Shown in pieces: positions 12,686 to 24,775 of a DNA stretch of 64,000 nucleotides. The translations under genes were made by a program, and so were the position numbers. The number at the start of each line of letters is the position of its first letter. The first letter of the stretch is position 1. The notes under the pieces were generated by a model. That model did not search any database. It was given only the letters and a program-made list of their open reading frames with translations, and had not been told where the DNA came from. The stretch lies in NCBI GenBank assembly GCA_964234715.1, contig OZ174281.1, one strand, 5' to 3'. This DNA is from Podarcis melisellensis. Taxonomy: Eukaryota.

Positions 12686-14690
12686 AATTTTACTTTCGCT
12701 AAAATATTTTGGAAACTATCTGAATGCTATTTGATCATTAAGGAGAATCTTCTAGGATTTCTTTGGCCCACCAGCTAACGGGCACCAACACAAAGTTCAA
12801 ATTGTTCAAACTTACGTTAAATCGTTTTATAAGCAAATAATGCATATTGCCCATCTTTTTCTCGAAGAAAACAAAACAAAGTTCCTGTCGAAAAATTGAC
12901 TGGTGTTCTGTGGTTTTCAACAGTGGGAGATGGATCTCTGCTACTGAAGTACAGTCCATCTGGAAGTTTGAATCTGAAGCTTTTGAACTTGACTCTGTGA
13001 AGTGACACTGCTGTCTCCCTTTCACCTCCATTTTTCTGGAAGCAGCAGCAGAAAGTGCAGACCTAACTGGTTCCCGGAAGAAACAAAACAATCATCCATT
13101 TCCTTTCCAACACACCAGAGCCCACCTATGAAGCAAGGTGAGGTGACCAACCTCAGGCAGCAGAATCCACAAGGACAGCAGATTCCAATCTAGATCTTTA
13201 TTCCTCCCTTGTTCCTGATGTTCCTCCCAACATTCCTCTGCTTCCAACTAGTCTCTGACACCAACTGCCTCTCTCTTCTGGAATCCTTCCCACAGTTCTA
13301 TCTAGAGTTCTCAGGAATTGAAACTAGGACCTTTGGCATGCAAGGCCTTGTCCTCTGCTACTGAGCTATTGTCCTTCCCGGTGAGCTACGGTGAGCATTG
13401 AAGGACAATTCTATCAAATGGTATTAGCCATGAGACCTCCTTGTTCCCAGGTAGAGCACCTCTGAGACCAGGTGCTGGAGGCAACCACAGGGATGGCCAT
13501 CACCGTTATCCTCTCCCCATAAACTTCCAGAGGGACCTGGCTGGCAGATATTGGAAGCTTGAATGTGGACTTTGACTGCCTCCCACAAGGCAGGTCTTCT
13601 ATTCCCATTCTAATTCATTGCTAGTTGTGGGCGTTCACCATTTCTACTTCTTCTTTTTTAACCGTGGGTGTTTCAAAAAAACGCCTCCACCCAAAAGTAG
13701 TCAAACAGAGCATGAATTGAGTCTTTTCATGCATTGTTCCACAAGGACTGTATCACAGTAGCCCCATTGTTCTGCCCTTTTAGAAGTCAGATTTCCCAAT
13801 GATTTTGGATGGTGATGGAGGAAATTAGGACGCTCTCCCCAGGGTGGACAAGGGGGAGAGAGTGAAGCCTGGGGAAGGGGCAAGGAAAATAATACATTGG
13901 GCGCTGCATCAAAGGTACATGCGACTAAAGAGACACTAAAAAATGCCACATGTTTTTGAGACTATTGCTCCACTTCTGTTATGGGCACAAATCTCACTCT
14001 TTCTTTTCCTCTGGCACAAGTGGGAGGTTTGGCATTCTCAGTTTGACTGCTGGAGCACATCTACAAGGAAGAAGCATTCAGCACAGAAGTCGACAGCAAA
14101 TTGGCTTTGTTTCAGAAATGAAAGAATCTTTTAAAGTGTCATTAGAAGCAATAAGCTCCAGCACACCACATTCTCCCATTCCATTCCTCCTGCTCTCTTC
14201 CCCACATAGCTCAGATTCCTCCTTGACTCCCAACAACAACGGCTTGTGCCCGAGTGGGCCCAGCAGAGACACTGGACCCGCAGTTTAGGAGACGTCTATC
14301 TTCTTGGTTCTGACTGTTCAACTCATACAATGATCTGGAAGAAAGAGGTGCAGGAGAGAATGTACCTTCCACAATGTTGACTGGAAACCACTGTATGTAA
14401 CATGATCACCCATCTTTCTTATTGTTGTTGGATGTTAGGAATTTGCTTATTTATCCATCTAGAATTAGAGCAGGGAACTATGTGTCACACAACAGCACAA
14501 AATAGGAAATTGGGTTTATTCCACTAGAGCTGATGGTCATTTGGGACATCTATTTAAATTGTTCTGAGTGGGGAGGGTCACACTCTCTCCTCTGCTTCTC
14601 TCTCCCACTGCCACTTTCTCTTGGCACAGAGTCAATGGGGGGGGGGAGTGTGTATGATCATAGCATTAAAACAGATATGGGACTCAGCTA

Positions 14691-15036
14691 AAGGTAAAGG
14701 GACCCCTGACCATTAGGTCCAGTCATGACCGACTCTGGGGTTGCAACACTCATCTCACTTTATTGGCCGAGGGAGCCGGCGTACAGCTTCCGGGTCATGT
14801 GGCCAGCATGACTAAGCCCTTCTGGCAAACCAGAGCAGCGCACGGAAACGCCGTATACCTTCCCACCAGAGTGGTACCTATTTATCTACTTGCACTTTGA
14901 CGTGCTTTCGAACTGCTAGGTTGGCAGGAGCAGGGACCAAGCTACAGGAGCTCACCCCGTTGCGGGGATTCGAACCGCGACCTTCTGATCGGCAAGTCCT
15001 AGGCTCTGTGGTAAACCCACAGTGCCACTCGCATCC
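14691..15036 (-). mobile_element. Sauria SINE
   Basis: Reverse complement of the SINE; 13-bp TSD tgggactcagcta at 14678-14690 and 15037-15049. Confidence 0.93.
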
Positions 15037-17663
15037 TGGGACTCAGCTACACAGCTGCAAATAAAGTGTTTTAAATGTGTTGTAAAGTGCAATAAGCCTC
15101 TAGATGACTCTAGATGGTGTGACTCTAGATGGTAAAGTGAGCTATGCAAAATTCAATGTATTTTTCAAAACAGTTTTTTAAAAAGTATTTTTGCAGCGTT
15201 TTTTTATATGTGTGTAGATTCCACCATGAACTGTCATATTCAAAGGGTTTGTTTTCTGGATCTTAAAACCCTATGGTGTTTAATGAGGCTTATTCCCTAG
15301 TAAATGACTTTAGGATTGCAGTGTCAACACACTTTCACCACTTCAGAAGAAAGCCAATATGGCCCCCATCTTGGTTAAAGATCGACCTTAAAATCATGTT
15401 TATTGCCATCTACATTCTATGAAGAATATGGTGAGCTGGGTTTTAAATTGCTGCTTTTATGTTTCTGTAATTGTTCTATTTGTTTCTTACCTAATTGTTT
15501 ATGCTGTATTTGTTTTTTAAAGATATCTCTGTGGCTTTAATTAAATTTTGTAAGTCACCTTGGGATGGAAGTCAGCATGTAAGAACTTTGAATAAATAAA
15601 TAAAGGACTGGAAAAATCTCAGATCTCACTATTTGTTAAAGCAGAGATTAGTGGGCATTTCACTTCATTGACCTGACCTCTGAAAACTGTAATCAGTATG
15701 CTTAAGCTCTCCCCCTTAAAAAAAAAACCAACACAAACCAGGCCTGCTAGCTACACACTTTCCAGTACTTTCCCCTTCCATATATACTTTTCTATATATA
15801 GTTTTACTAAATCAGAGAGTCTAAATTTTCCAAAAGGGACCTGTAACATAATATTGGGCTGTAAACCCATTAACATCTACAAGGTTGTTAAGAAAACCTA
15901 AGTAGTTGTATTAGCCACAAATATGCCCTTTATAGAGGTTTGTTTTATTTTGTCATTAATGCGCAAGGATAGCAGTTTCACATTCTCTAATGTCCCTTTC
16001 AAACTGTATCCAGTTTCTGACATTTTTAAAGTCTCAGGAAACACTGTAGATCAAAATGACTGTGTTAAGCTGGAGTCCTTTAGGCCAGAGGAAAACAAAA
16101 ATAATTCCAAAGCAGCCCCTGAGAGCAATTTGATATTTTCAGCATTGTTGTATTTGACATTGTTGTATGTTGAGCTTTAAATACTGTACTGTGAAGTCCC
16201 ACATTTTAAACACTCTACTTATTATTCAAATTACTTATGTGTTTTGTTGCTAAATGAATAGCTGCAGGTCTGCTGTGACAGCCTTAGAAAAGCTTGGAAT
16301 AATATAGGATATGAATCTAAATACATAAATGGCAGAGCATTCCAAACCCCCTGATCTATTGTGCTGGAGGGGGCTTGGATGGAATAAATATGTCCCCCTG
16401 CCCAGTCTTGCCCAGCTCTGCTGGTCTCTGTAAGTGAGAATTTTGCTCTCTTCCTTAAACAAGGACAGAGCAGTATACCCTCCAAGTGTCCCAATTTTCC
16501 TGGGACAGTCCTGGAATTACAGAAACCATCCTGGTTTCTGATTTGATCCTGAAATATCCTAGTTTTCCTTTTCTTCCCCTCCTCATTTTTGAAACAAGTG
16601 TTTGCTCTATCTGTGTGTGTGAAGGTGCAAAAACGGATTCCTGTTTATACTGAATATAAAGTATCTGCACCAAATGAAGGAAACTGAAGCTGGCATACGA
16701 AGCCCTTCCTAAAATTTTGAAGGAAAATGTAACCAATCCACTTTAAATTCTTTAATTGCAATGCTTCAGCAGCCAGCCTTTTTTTTTTAAAGGAAATGCC
16801 TGGAGTGTTTATTCCTTTATTGTAAATGGAGCCTTACACTGTCTACTCATAAGTAAGCCCCACTGCATTCATTGGAGCTTACTCCCAGGTGACTGGGTAA
16901 GGACTGTGCAGTCTTACACTGCAATCCTCAGCATTTTTTTTTACTCAGAAGTAAATCCCACTGAATTCAATAGTATTTATTATCAGGTATGTTCCTGATC
17001 ATTTTCACAGTTTCTGTTGTTGTTTCCTGCCTTTTTCCTTGACAGAGACACACGGCAGCTTACAGCTAAAATTTTATTTCATTCCATTTATCTGTGGAAG
17101 GTGTTCTACATTATCCTTTCATTCACAATTTTTTTATTTACAACAGTCTTGTGAGGTGGGTTCAGCAGAGAGGTTGTAATTGTCTCAAGTAACACACACA
17201 CACACATATATGATGCATATGTGTGCAGCAAGATCAAGCATGGGAGTATTTTCCTGATAAAGAATAGAATGTTCCTATTTTCATCTGAGAAATGTTGGAG
17301 GGTATGAGAGCAGTCATAGGAAACTCCCATAATAGCCTAAGTCCATTGCCAACTAGTCACTGAACCATATAAGGACAGTATCCACACAACCACATCACAC
17401 AGTCTACTTTCTGTAACTTGGAAAGGCTGTCTATTCCAGATTTATCCTAGACCAAGAGAAGTATATGAAGGAGATTTGAACACGAATGGAAATTCTCCCT
17501 TGAAGAAAAGCTCTGGAAGGAAGTAGGAATCAGAGTGTAGTGTCCAAAGTGCAGAATGGTTTAATTCTGGTTTGTGAATACATTGATATGGTACCTATTT
17601 ATCTGATATCTCCACATAAAATGCTTGGCCAAACAAGTCTGTAATATGGTGTCCAAAGGAAAG

Positions 17664-17801
17664 CAGACCCTCCAAGTTTCCCTATTTTCCAGTGACAGTC
17701 CCAGATTTACATAAGCCGTCCTGGTTTCTGATTTGATCCTAGAATGCCCTGCTTTTCCTTAGGTCGTCCCTATTTTCATCGGAGAAATGTTGGAGGGCAT
17801 G
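17664..17801 (-). mobile_element. Short MITE of the CAGACCCTCCAA family
   Basis: cagaccctccaag...ttggagggcatg. Related fragments at ~16474-16570, 17268-17306 and 19455-19496. Confidence 0.75.
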
Positions 17802-18911
17802 GAAAAGGACAGAGCACTCCTAGATCAAGATAAATAGCTGGTCTTCTCTAGAGCCTCTGGAGCTGCGTTTGCCAACCCCAAAGTTTTGGACTACAATTCC
17901 TTTCAGCCGCAGCACCCAGCTGTGGTGCAAAGCATTTGGCGGTGTCACGAGGTTAGCAAAGCCTGCTCTGAAGGCCGAGCCATGTCTGCTGAAATACTTG
18001 TACAACAGGGATGGGGAAACTGTGTCCATGCTGGCTGAATAGCCACTGAAGGGCCACTGGCCCCCCATCCCTGGTGCATAGTAATCGGGTAACACAATAC
18101 AGCTTACTGTTCATTTTTATATCACTGGAAGCAATCCCAGTCCATCTGCAGCACTTAGAAATACTGGTGCAGGTCCAAGTTGCTCAGAATAAAAGAAATA
18201 AACGTGGAGCTCTCTCACCAGAGGAATGCTTTGAGACTCAGACTGGAGGCTTTTCAGTCCAAATCATTTTGTCTGGCTGGAGTTCCTCCAGTCAAGATAG
18301 TGAATGTCTGGCCAGGAATCATCTAAACCTAATAAAGAGGCCCAGTTAAAAAGAACGGCAACAGCGTTTCACTTTTGACTCATCTCTCTCCTGCCTCCAC
18401 GTGAACCCAGCGGGCTTTTCCGATTTGGCCATGGTTTTATACCACCAGGCATTGGGGTCACTTTAAACCAGTTTGCCTTCCAACACCTAAGCAGCATGTA
18501 AATAAGACGTTTTCCCCACGCAAAACAAACCTTTGGCCTTTTTATTTTTGGACTGAGGAGACAATGAGTGGGTGGTGTTATGGGAACATCTTATAAGGAA
18601 AAAAGGGGAACAATTAAGGTGTTAATGGGAGAAGAGATCTCGCAACTGAACAGGGAGACTCGCAAGATGCACTTCTGTCCCTCAAAATTATAAAATTAGT
18701 CAAAGTTTGTCTGATTTTTAAAACAAATACTCCATCTTTATTTCAGGCTCTCAACAGTAGACGCAATGTAATGGGCGATACTTTCCGCGTATTTAAATGG
18801 TACAAGGTTCTAATGAATATTCCTAGATCTCTGCAGCGCCCTCTGCTTTTGCTGTCTCAGTGAAACACTTTAGATATATTGTCTTTAACGTTAATAGGAT
18901 ACACCCATAGC

Positions 18912-19080
18912 CGGTGGTGTAACGTGGGGGGTGCAGGGGGGGCCCCCGGCCGCACTGGACGCAACATCTGGGGGGGGCGCACTAATCTAGTGGAAGAGAC
19001 TCGAGTGCTAAAATCCACAGGTTAGGGGGTGAAAATTACTTGCCTTGCCCCGGGTGCTGACAAACCACGCTACACCACTG
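18912..19080 (+). mobile_element. GC-rich hAT MITE
   Basis: TIR c(a/g)gtggtgta...tacaccactg; perfect 8-bp TSD cccatagc. Confidence 0.88.
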
Positions 19081-19424
19081 CCCATAGCTGAAAGCCTTCC
19101 ATGAAGAGAATGTGCATGGTATACACCATATAGTAGCACCATGTTGGTGCAAAATACACATTTACTGCTTTAAAAAAAGCTTTTGGGGGGGAAACACAGA
19201 AGGCTACTTCATACGGGGTTAGCCTATTTGTCCAACGAACCCAGCCTTGTCTACTCTGAGTGGAAGCAGCACTTCAGGGAAAGGGTCTTTCACATCATCT
19301 GCCACTGGATCCTGGAATAGCATGAGACTTTTAATCTCAGGCTCATGGGTTCAAGCCCCATATTGGGCAAAATATTTCTGCATTGCAGGGGGTTGGACTT
19401 GATGACCCTTTCAACTCTACATAC

Positions 19425-19726
19425 TAAGTACATAAAAAGCAAAATTATATGAAATGGGATGTCCCCATTTTAATCAGAGAAATGTTGGAGGGTATGGTAC
19501 AGCATGGGTGGTGGTGATGGGGCAGTGTGGCAGAGCACGGTGGCAACTTCCCTAACACCTAGTAGATTGTCAGAAATGTATACATACATAAATCAAAAAT
19601 ATGTGTTGGAAATGTAAACAGAAAGAAGACACCTTTTTCCATATGTGGTGGCCTTGTCTTAAGGTTACAGCTGACTGGGAAATGATATATAATGAACTGA
19701 AAAAGATCTTTAAGTTAACATTTGTA
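19425..19726 (+). mobile_element. L1 ORF2 fragment
   Basis: CWKCKQKEDTFFHMWWPCLKV...WEMIYNELKKIFK, homologous to the 40416-41525 ORF. Confidence 0.8.
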
Positions 19727-20039
19727 AGTGAGTGTCCCACGGGTGGTGGTGGTATGGTAGTGTGGCTGAGCACGGTGGCACTTCCTGTTTTGCCTCAAGT
19801 GGTGAAATGAGACGTGCCACCGCTGACCTCATAATCCGAGAACTTAAACCTGTCAGTTCTGATGAAAGGCAGGCAAGGACCTACAGCCCAGGTGGGGCTC
19901 ACTAGCTTGGGGAGGAGTTGTCTGATTTCTCAGCTGGAGTAGACTCAAGACAGGTGGGGGTCACATGCCTCGTCAATCTCAGAAGGTATAGCAGGAAAGC
20001 TGTCCTGGCTGACAAAAGACGAAGAAGTGAAATCTTCTG

Positions 20040-20290
20040 TGATATGTTGGGCAATGGATATTGGTCACAATATAGAAATGGAGGCATTGGGACAATTGTG
20101 GAATTTGGATATAAGATTTACAGCATGCTATGAAAGAAGAGAAAATTATATGAAAATGTTGTATAGATGGTGCCTAATACCAGCAGATTGGCAAAAATGT
20201 ATAAATCAAAATCAATTAAATGTTGGAAATGTAAAGAGAAAGAAGGTGCCTTTTACAGTAACCTTGCAATAAGGTTAAAGATTACTGGGG
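20040..20290 (+). mobile_element. L1 ORF2 fragment
   Basis: WAMDIGHNI...LWNLDIRFTACYERRENYMKMLYRW, homologous to the 40416-41525 ORF. Confidence 0.8.
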
Positions 20291-20627
20291 GAAAGATGTG
20301 CCGGAAATGACCACAAACACCTCCCTTGTTCTCTTAGTATGACAATGGTGCCCACCTGAGATGTGCCGGAACTGAGTTTCTGTGGGGGGGGGGGAGCCCT
20401 GCTTGTGGCATTGTTTTGCTGGGTGATGCCTCCCTCCATGATCCCTCATTCCATTTTGTCTCTGTCAGACCAAAGGAAATGTTGTAGTCTGCCTTTTCCC
20501 ACCACCAGCTGCTGAAGGCACATTTATGGTATTTTCATTTTTAAGATTAAAACATATGTTTTGCATAGAAATGAATTCGCACAGAAGAGCAGTATTAAAA
20601 AGAAAAAGTTTCCCTTGCAGGTACAAG

Positions 20628-20858
20628 CATGGGCGGAGCCAGGATTTTGGTTATGGGGGGGGGGGACAGCCAAAGTTGTTGAGGTTTTCTTGGGAAATCA
20701 TGGGTAAAAATATCCTGTAAATGGGATATTGTAGGGGGCAGGCTTCTGCAGGGGGTGAATGACAGAACCTCATATAAATGAGTATTTCCAATGCTTTTCT
20801 ATAATTTTTGTGGATTGGGGGGGCAATTGCCCCCCTGCCCCCCTTGGCTATCCCGATG
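20628..20858. mobile_element. hAT-like MITE (CATGGGYGTAGCCAGGA family)
   Basis: catgggcggagccaggatttt...ttggctatcccgatg. Confidence 0.7.
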
Positions 20859-21494
20859 GATGGCAACACTTTCTGAATGCTCAAAGCCCTTCATGTCCAT
20901 TATCTCCACAATCCTTGCAACAGTAATGTGCTGAAGGACACTAATGCCGCAAGAGACCTGCTAGTCTGCAGTGAGAAGTGAATTCATTAAAAAGATGTAT
21001 GGCAGCTCTGGGCCCCTGTGAGCCCAGCACATCCCATCTGTAGAGGTGCTGCCCGCTGTGTGATTTACCGTCTGGCCTTGCAGTCTTCTGATCAGCCTCC
21101 ACTGGGAGAGGCAGTTCTGCTGTTTACACAAATGATAATTCCTGAGCCAGAAACATAGAGGTATTCAACACAGTGCCCCCATTCCAAAGTTGCTGAACCC
21201 CAGTTCCCACCAGCCTCAGCCACCAAGGCCAATGATCAGGGATGATGGGAGCTGTCATCTACAGCAACATCTGGAGGGCCACAGGTTCCAGAGAAGACGA
21301 TGTCCTGCCTATTAGAATGACTCCACCAACCCAGGCCTGGTCTGCAGATATGAAGGGCAACATGCATCACCCAGAGACCCAAGGGTGAGATGGAGGTCAC
21401 ACGCCCTGCCTTCAAGGAAGAATTGTGTGGCAAAGGCAGAGCAACCCACCCCCTTCTACTGACCATAGTAGAAGCAGAAATAGGAAACTGGGCA

Positions 21495-21740
21495 GAGGGA
21501 ACCAGGCAGAGGGCCTTCTCGGTAGTGGCACCCGCCCTGTGGAAAGCCCTCCCACCAGATGTCAAAGAGAACAACAACTACCAGACTTTTAGAAGACATC
21601 TGAAGGCAGCCCTGTTTAGGGAAGCTGTTAATGTTTGATGCGTTACTGTGTTTTGATATTTTGTTGGGGGCCGCCCAGAGTGGCTGGGGAGGCCCAACCA
21701 GATGTGCGGGGTATATATAATAAATTATTATTATTATATT
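21495..21740 (+). mobile_element. L2-like LINE 3' end
   Basis: TRQRAFSVVAPALWKALP...FRRHLKAALF followed by an (ATT)n tail. Confidence 0.85.
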
Positions 21741-22154
21741 AAAATAACTTGGTGTCATGGACTGGTTGGATGCAGAGGAATGGTGGGAGGCACCAAGGGA
21801 TTTACCACTGGCTGGTTTACTGCTGACACTTACTGGCAAAGAACTAGTTTCCTAGGTTTCCTTCCCCCGCCCCCTCTTCTTCCCAATCCCAGTTCCTTTT
21901 GTGTCATAACTTTTAGAGGCAGAGACCATTGTATAATAATGTATTGCTAATTGAAAGCTACCCCGGAAGCTTCACATCCGAAGAGCAGGGTATTTTTATT
22001 TTTTTAATAAACAGATAAAGAAGGCTTCCTGGTTAGGCTGGAAATTTTATGTGGGCAAAGAAGATAGATAGTCTTTCATGCCATGGGACCTGTCTTAGTG
22101 ACCGCAGGGCTGAGCTCTGTCACTCCTGCAAGAGGCTGGCCGGGTCAGGAGGGC

Positions 22155-22730
22155 ATGTAAAAAGGTAAAAGGGTATTGGGAAATGATTTATAATAAATGG
22201 AAAAAAATGTTTAATATTACACCCCCCCCAAAAAAACCCCAGAGTTCTTTTGTTGGGGATAACCCAGACTAAAATTCCCAGGTGTCAGAAAAGGTTATTT
22301 ATGTATGCAACAACTGCGGCCCATGTTTTGTTAGCCCCAAAATGGAAAGTGAGGGAGGTCCCAACTAAAGAGGATTGGCAAATTAAGTTGACAGAATATG
22401 CACAACTTGCAGATTTAACATATAGAATAAGAGAGCAAGAAGATTGGAAAGCATTTATTGAATATCTGGAAAATAACTGTATACAGTTGAAAACACTGGC
22501 AGTATTAAGATAAATGCAGTAAGAGTAAATAATTTTTGATGGATATAAAAGTGGAAAATGGATTTGAATGGTTATAGTAAAATATGCAGGGATGCACATG
22601 ATATGTAAAATGAACCATGGTAAGAGGAGAAGGGAAGTCATTGGTTATTTTAAGGTTTGTAAAATGTTTATTTGAAATTGTAAAACAGAAAATTTAATAA
22701 AAATTATTACATAATGAAGAAAGAAAAAAA
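22155..22730 (+). mobile_element. L1 3' fragment
   Basis: LFMYATTAAHVLLAPKWK...PTKEDWQIKLTEYAQLA, followed by a 3'UTR, AATAAA and an A-rich tail. Confidence 0.85.
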
Positions 22731-23062
22731 GGATGCAGGGTCAGGATGCAAAGGAACATTGGATGGGCTTCTCAGAAGAATGTCAAAACTATCTTGTATT
22801 TTAAATTTCAGAGGTTTGGTGGGAGCACTGCCTTTACATCAACCCTGGTTGGCAGACCAGACTACGTATCCCAGTTTGTGGTGGTGGACTCCACCGAAGC
22901 AGAGAAAGTGTGTAAGAGAGTGAGTGTGGCTTGAAGAATCCATATGTTGCTGGACTTCAACTCCCATCACCCACAGCCAGGGATGACAGGAATTGTAGTC
23001 CAACAAGACAGCTATGATTCTTCAATTTACATGTTTTACTGGGTTGTAGATACAGGAATAAA

Positions 23063-23411
23063 AGACGCGGGTGGCGCTGTGGGTTAAACCACAGAGCCTT
23101 GGACTTGCCGATCAGAAGGTCGGCGGTTCGAATAGCCGTGACGGGGTGAGCTCCCGTTGCTCGATCCCTGCTCCTGCCAACCTAGCAGTTTGAAAGCATG
23201 TCAAAGTGCAAGTAGATAAATAGGTACCTCTCCGGTGGGAAGGTAAACGGCGTTTCCGTGCGCTGCTTGGTTCGCCAGAAGCGGCTTAGTCATGCTGGCC
23301 ACATGACCTGGAAGCTGTACGCCGGCTCCCTCGGCCAATAAAGCGAGATGAGCGCCGCAACCCCAGAGTCGGTCATGACTGGACCTAATGGTCAGGGGTC
23401 CCTTTACCTTT
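23063..23411 (+). mobile_element. Sauria SINE (CpG-rich, young)
   Basis: gacgcgggtggcgctgtgggttaaacc...ggtcaggggtccctttaccttt. Confidence 0.93.
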
Positions 23412-23611
23412 AGCTACATTCAGAGAAACACCACAAAAGTTGCAAATAAAGAGACAACATCTCATAGGGAACAACAGAAGCAGCAAATAACAGAAGAACC
23501 CCTTTTCGTCCTAAATGCCGATTTCACGCAGGGCCTATGGGGGGTCGTGAGAAGTTTTTTAGTGAATCCGGTGTCGGATCTCACTTGGGCTCCAAACTCT
23601 TATATTTGAGA

Positions 23612-23766
23612 CATGGGTGTAGCCAGGACTTTGGGGGGGGGACAGGACTTTTGGGGGCAGAACCGACGTGATTGGTCAGTTAAGTATGTGTATTGTTTCA
23701 CTTGATTAAGGGGGGAGGGAACAGCTGCCGCAGCTGCTCCCCCCCCCCCTCTTAGCTACGCCCAGG
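23612..23766. mobile_element. hAT-like MITE just upstream of the NEDD9 promoter
   Basis: catgggtgtagcc...agctacgcccagg; degenerate 8-bp TSD atttgaga/atgcgaga. Confidence 0.72.
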
Positions 23767-23799
23767 ATGCGAGACTAGTTTACAAGAAGAACGTTCAGC

Positions 23800-24450
23800 G
23801 CCTTCCCCACGTTTTACTCCAGGCGGGAGCAACGCGTGTTAATTGAAGATTTCATTCAGAAGGCGGCGCGTAGGGGGCGTTTGCCCTCCTCCGCAGCGCG
23901 TTTGGCTCTCTAGCCAATAGCGGGACACTATGCAAATGAGCGCCGCGGTTAGCCTGCGAGCGAGCAAAGCAGCGAGCTCAGAGTCACTGGCAAAACGCAG
24001 CTCAGCAGTAGCGTCGCCGCGGCCGGAGCTTGCAGGCGGCTGTTTTCGTTTTCGATTGCAAGCGGCGGTCAATGGAGTATAAAACCCGCCCGGGCTCGAG
24101 GTGGTGGGACTGACTTGTCCAAAAGGGAGCGCCTCTTCCACTCCCTGCCCCAAGCCTGCGAGAATGAAGTACAAGGTAAGAAGATGGGTTGCTTTGAAAA
24201 ACTTTGCTCGCCCCCTTTTTTTCGTGCGTGGGGCAGGAAACGCGCGTGGGACGGGCAAAAGTTGTGCATGTACTTTTCCTGCTCCGGAAGATGTATTGGC
24301 AGAGCGGAGAATGGCGCGAGCCTGAGCCGCCTCGGTGCCTGGATTCAGGGTCGAGCCAAACTTCTCCAGCGGTGTCTCAGTTGTGTTCAGTAGGTCTCTT
24401 GAATTTAAAAGCAAAAACAAAAAGTCGAGTCGAATGAGTGACTGCGTTTA
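23800..24450 (+). promoter_or_regulatory. NEDD9: NEDD9 CpG-island promoter and 5' region
   Basis: High CpG density in unique sequence around the MKYK exon. CCAAT box 23914-23918, octamer ATGCAAAT 23930-23937, TATAAAA 24078-24084, GC-rich motifs. Confidence 0.85.
24164..24175 (+). CDS. NEDD9: NEDD9 first coding exon segment (Met-Lys-Tyr-Lys)
   Basis: agaATGAAGTACAAG|gtaag: A at -3, strong donor, phase 0. Joined to exon 2 it gives MKYKNLMARALYDNVPECAEELAF, the known NEDD9 N-terminus. It lies in a CpG island. Confidence 0.93.
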
Positions 24451-24689
24451 GTCCTTGCTAGCAGCCAGTTTTTATTTTGTATTTTGGAGGGGAGAGTTTT
24501 GTTGCGGTTTGAAAACTTCTAACCAGCCTCAACTATGCCTCTGACAAGCTCGATATTTTCTCATCCGCTGTTGATCTGCAAGACAGTTAACGCTGTCTCT
24601 TCCTCTAGCTCCTTACTGTACTTGTAGAGCAGCCTCGCTCGCTTACTCCAGAGTAAGGCTGCCCTTTCAGGGAGAAAGACCGAAACAGC

Positions 24690-24775
24690 AGCGCAGCCCT
24701 ATACATATGTCTACTCGGAAGTAAGACCCATTGAGTTCAGTGGGCCTTCTCCCAGGTGAGTATAGGACTGCAGCC
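24690..24775. repeat. Short palindromic squamate interspersed repeat (agtaagYcccaYtgaRttca core)
   Basis: Related copies at ~7813-7900, 16835-16990, 32978-33070, 36045-36090 and 60615-60692. Confidence 0.6.

Noticed and set aside
12300-12900. AT-rich, compositionally odd sequence around the N gap
   Set aside because: Could be a transposon remnant or mis-joined sequence, but no TIR, ORF or motif supports a call.
15100-15133. Short tandem duplication of gactctagatggt, and a 14-mer direct repeat at 39401/39491
   Set aside because: Too short and too few copies; ordinary slippage or chance, not an array or CRISPR-like structure.
23839-24437. 193-aa antisense ORF and others over the promoter
   Set aside because: Typical CpG-island stop-codon depletion, non-ATG start, no recognisable domain.
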